A stretch of 64,000 bases of DNA from Octopus sinensis. Lineage: Eukaryota. The notes below the pieces were generated by a model that worked only from the letters and a program-made list of their open reading frames with translations, was not told the DNA's origin and made no database searches. The translations under genes and the position numbers were made by a program. Below are positions 62,280 to 64,000 of this stretch, in pieces (the stretch's first letter is position 1; the number at the start of each line of letters is the position of its first letter). The stretch covers positions 30,442,001 through 30,506,000 of the forward strand of contig NC_043006.1 in NCBI RefSeq assembly GCF_006345805.1, in the 5' to 3' direction.

Positions 62280-62594
62280 AATATATGATAAACAGAGAAT
62301 TGAGAGAATAATAAAAGGATGGAGAAAGTTCAGAGAGCTCTGAACCTCTGTTGACAATGATAGGTTTCTCTCTCTTTGAGTGAAAAGCAGATTTTATGAT
62401 GTTTGTGCAGGAACAGCAATGCCACATGTTACTGAGACATGGGTCCTGAATGTAGAGGACATGCAAAAGCTTGAAAGAGACAAAATTACCATGCTCTGCT
62501 GTATGTATAATGTCAGTGTAAATGTATTGAGCAGAAGAGGGATCAAATGTAGTGTGCAAGAGAGAGAGGACGGTGTTGGTATGGTCATGTGACG
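62280..62594 (+). mobile_element. Decayed RTE fragment truncated at the WYGHV motif
   Basis: FYDVC..AMPHVTETW..KLERDKITML; ends TGG TAT GGT CAT GTG ACG directly against the CR1 tail. Confidence 0.75.
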
Positions 62595-62595
62595 T

Positions 62596-64000
62596 TTAGT
62601 TAGTTAGTTAGTTAATTTGGCTCAAAAGCAAATAGCAAGGCCATGTAGGGGGACATGGAGTTAAGTACAGGGTGGTGTTCATGTAACGAGTTTAGGCCAC
62701 TTGAGGTCAAGGGAGGCTTTGAACAAAGCGGTCGTCGGCATCTTCACCATCTCGTCTGGCAGCTTGTTCCACGAATCCGCAACCCGGACGGAGAAAGCTC
62801 CTCTCCTTCGATTGAGATGAAATTGTCGCAGGTAGAGCTTTTCGGAATGACCCCGCAGCCGACGCTCTGGAGCAGGAGTGAAGAACAGCTCTTTCGAGAG
62901 GTTACACTTTCCGCTTATGATGTTGTGGGCGAGAATGAGATCACCACAGCGGCGGCGTTTTTCTAGAGAATAAAGGTCGAGCGTCCTCAGCCTTTCTTCA
63001 TAGGACAAATTTTTGAGACCATGAACCATGCGGGTAGCCAGCTTCTGGACTCTTTCGAGATGCTGTATGTCTTTGAGGAGATAAGGAGAAGAGGCTTGAA
63101 TCCTGTACTCCAATATGGGTCTCACCAGCGTGACATAGAGTGGTAGGAATATGGCTGCTGTGAGCATTCCGAATGACCATCGAATCAAGAACAGAATTCC
63201 GCGTGCTTTGTTGGCAGCATGGACACACTGGGCCGAAGGCGAAAAGGAGGAATCCACCAAGATACCCAGGTCCTTTACCTGATCGGTCCTCTCCAGCAGC
63301 AGACGACCCGGCTCGAAATCAAGTTGAGTTGCAGGAGGAGAGCCAACAGGCAGATGACAGCACTTTGACACGTTCAGACACAGGTCCCATTCGTTAGACC
63401 ACCTCCAAACTTGGTGGAGGCATTGACGAAGATCCTCTATATCACCGCGAGGAGCGACCAGTTTGATATCGTCGGCAAATAGAAGGGTGTGTTGCGTGAG
63501 GCCATCGGGCAAGTCATTTATGAAGACTAAGAACAATAAGGGCCCAAGCACTGAACCTTGAGGCACGCGACTGCTCGCACTGGAGACGTCGGACCGCGAA
63601 CCATTAACTTGGACTTGGAAGGAGCGATCTGAGAGGAAGGCACCAACCCATCGTACAATATCCGGATGGAAACTATATGCTTGAAGCTTGACAAGTAATA
63701 GGCGGTGGTTTACCGAGTCAAAAGCTTTGGCAAAGTCCAATAAAACGATGTCAACAGCATCACTATCATCGAGGATGCGCGTCACCAATTCTTCCATTAC
63801 CAGTAAGTTGGTCAAGCATGATCTCTTCGACACGAAGCCGTGTTGGGAATCAGAGATAGAGGCTGTGTTTTGGAGGTGGAGCATCATACTTTTCTTAAGG
63901 ATGGTTTTGAACATCTTGCTGATTATTGATGTAAGGGAAACCGGTCGGTAGTTAAGCGGGTCTTCGTGGCTCCCTTTCTTGAAAATTGGGCAGATTATCG
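62596..64000 (-). mobile_element. Young CR1-group LINE; RT ORF open from the window edge to the stop at 62679; (CTAA)n tail
   Basis: Uninterrupted frame from PIFKKG..NYRPVSLTS through QHGF..SCLTNL, LDFAKAFDSVNH, PQGSVLGPLLF, FADD, RPILEY and WNKLP; visibly more GC-rich than the flanks; tail at 62596-62614. Confidence 0.95.

Noticed and set aside
62596-62614. (TTAG)n resembling a telomeric repeat
   Set aside because: A 4-bp unit located exactly at the CR1 3' end; short tandem tails are normal for CR1-group LINEs.

Overview
This is AT-rich, microsatellite-dense animal genomic DNA. The repeat families suggest an octopod cephalopod (inference only; no search was run). Two host genes lie on the minus strand. 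(1) An hnRNP K-like gene with an intron-free CDS (3923-5008): bipartite NLS, KH1 and KH2, then a G/N/M/R-rich low-complexity tail, with no KH3 found. (2) The 3' eleven coding exons of an FBXL4 orthologue (62117 down to 37366), reconstructed by hand. All introns are GT-AG, the phases match, and the 1210 nt give an open frame of about 402 aa ending in TAG. The rest is transposon-derived: RTE and CR1-type LINEs, Penelope fragments, tRNA-derived and Nin-like SINEs, Tc1/mariner, pogo/Tigger, hAT and Helitron-like pieces. The most unusual zone is about 11.6-21.2 kb, where short cassettes sit between (TA)n/(TACA)n tracts. It holds six minimal hammerhead-ribozyme-like motifs from four sequence families, a 328-bp no-spacer palindrome, a 583-bp unit with terminal redundancy plus a fold-back, a tandem duplication of inverted Penelope RT fragments, and an exact 52-bp re-copy of a dead LINE's 5' end. 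Together these suggest Penelope-type, microsatellite-targeted retrotransposition with template switching; this is a hypothesis, and assembly artefacts must be excluded. Repeat boundaries are approximate (tens of bp) unless exact junctions are quoted.
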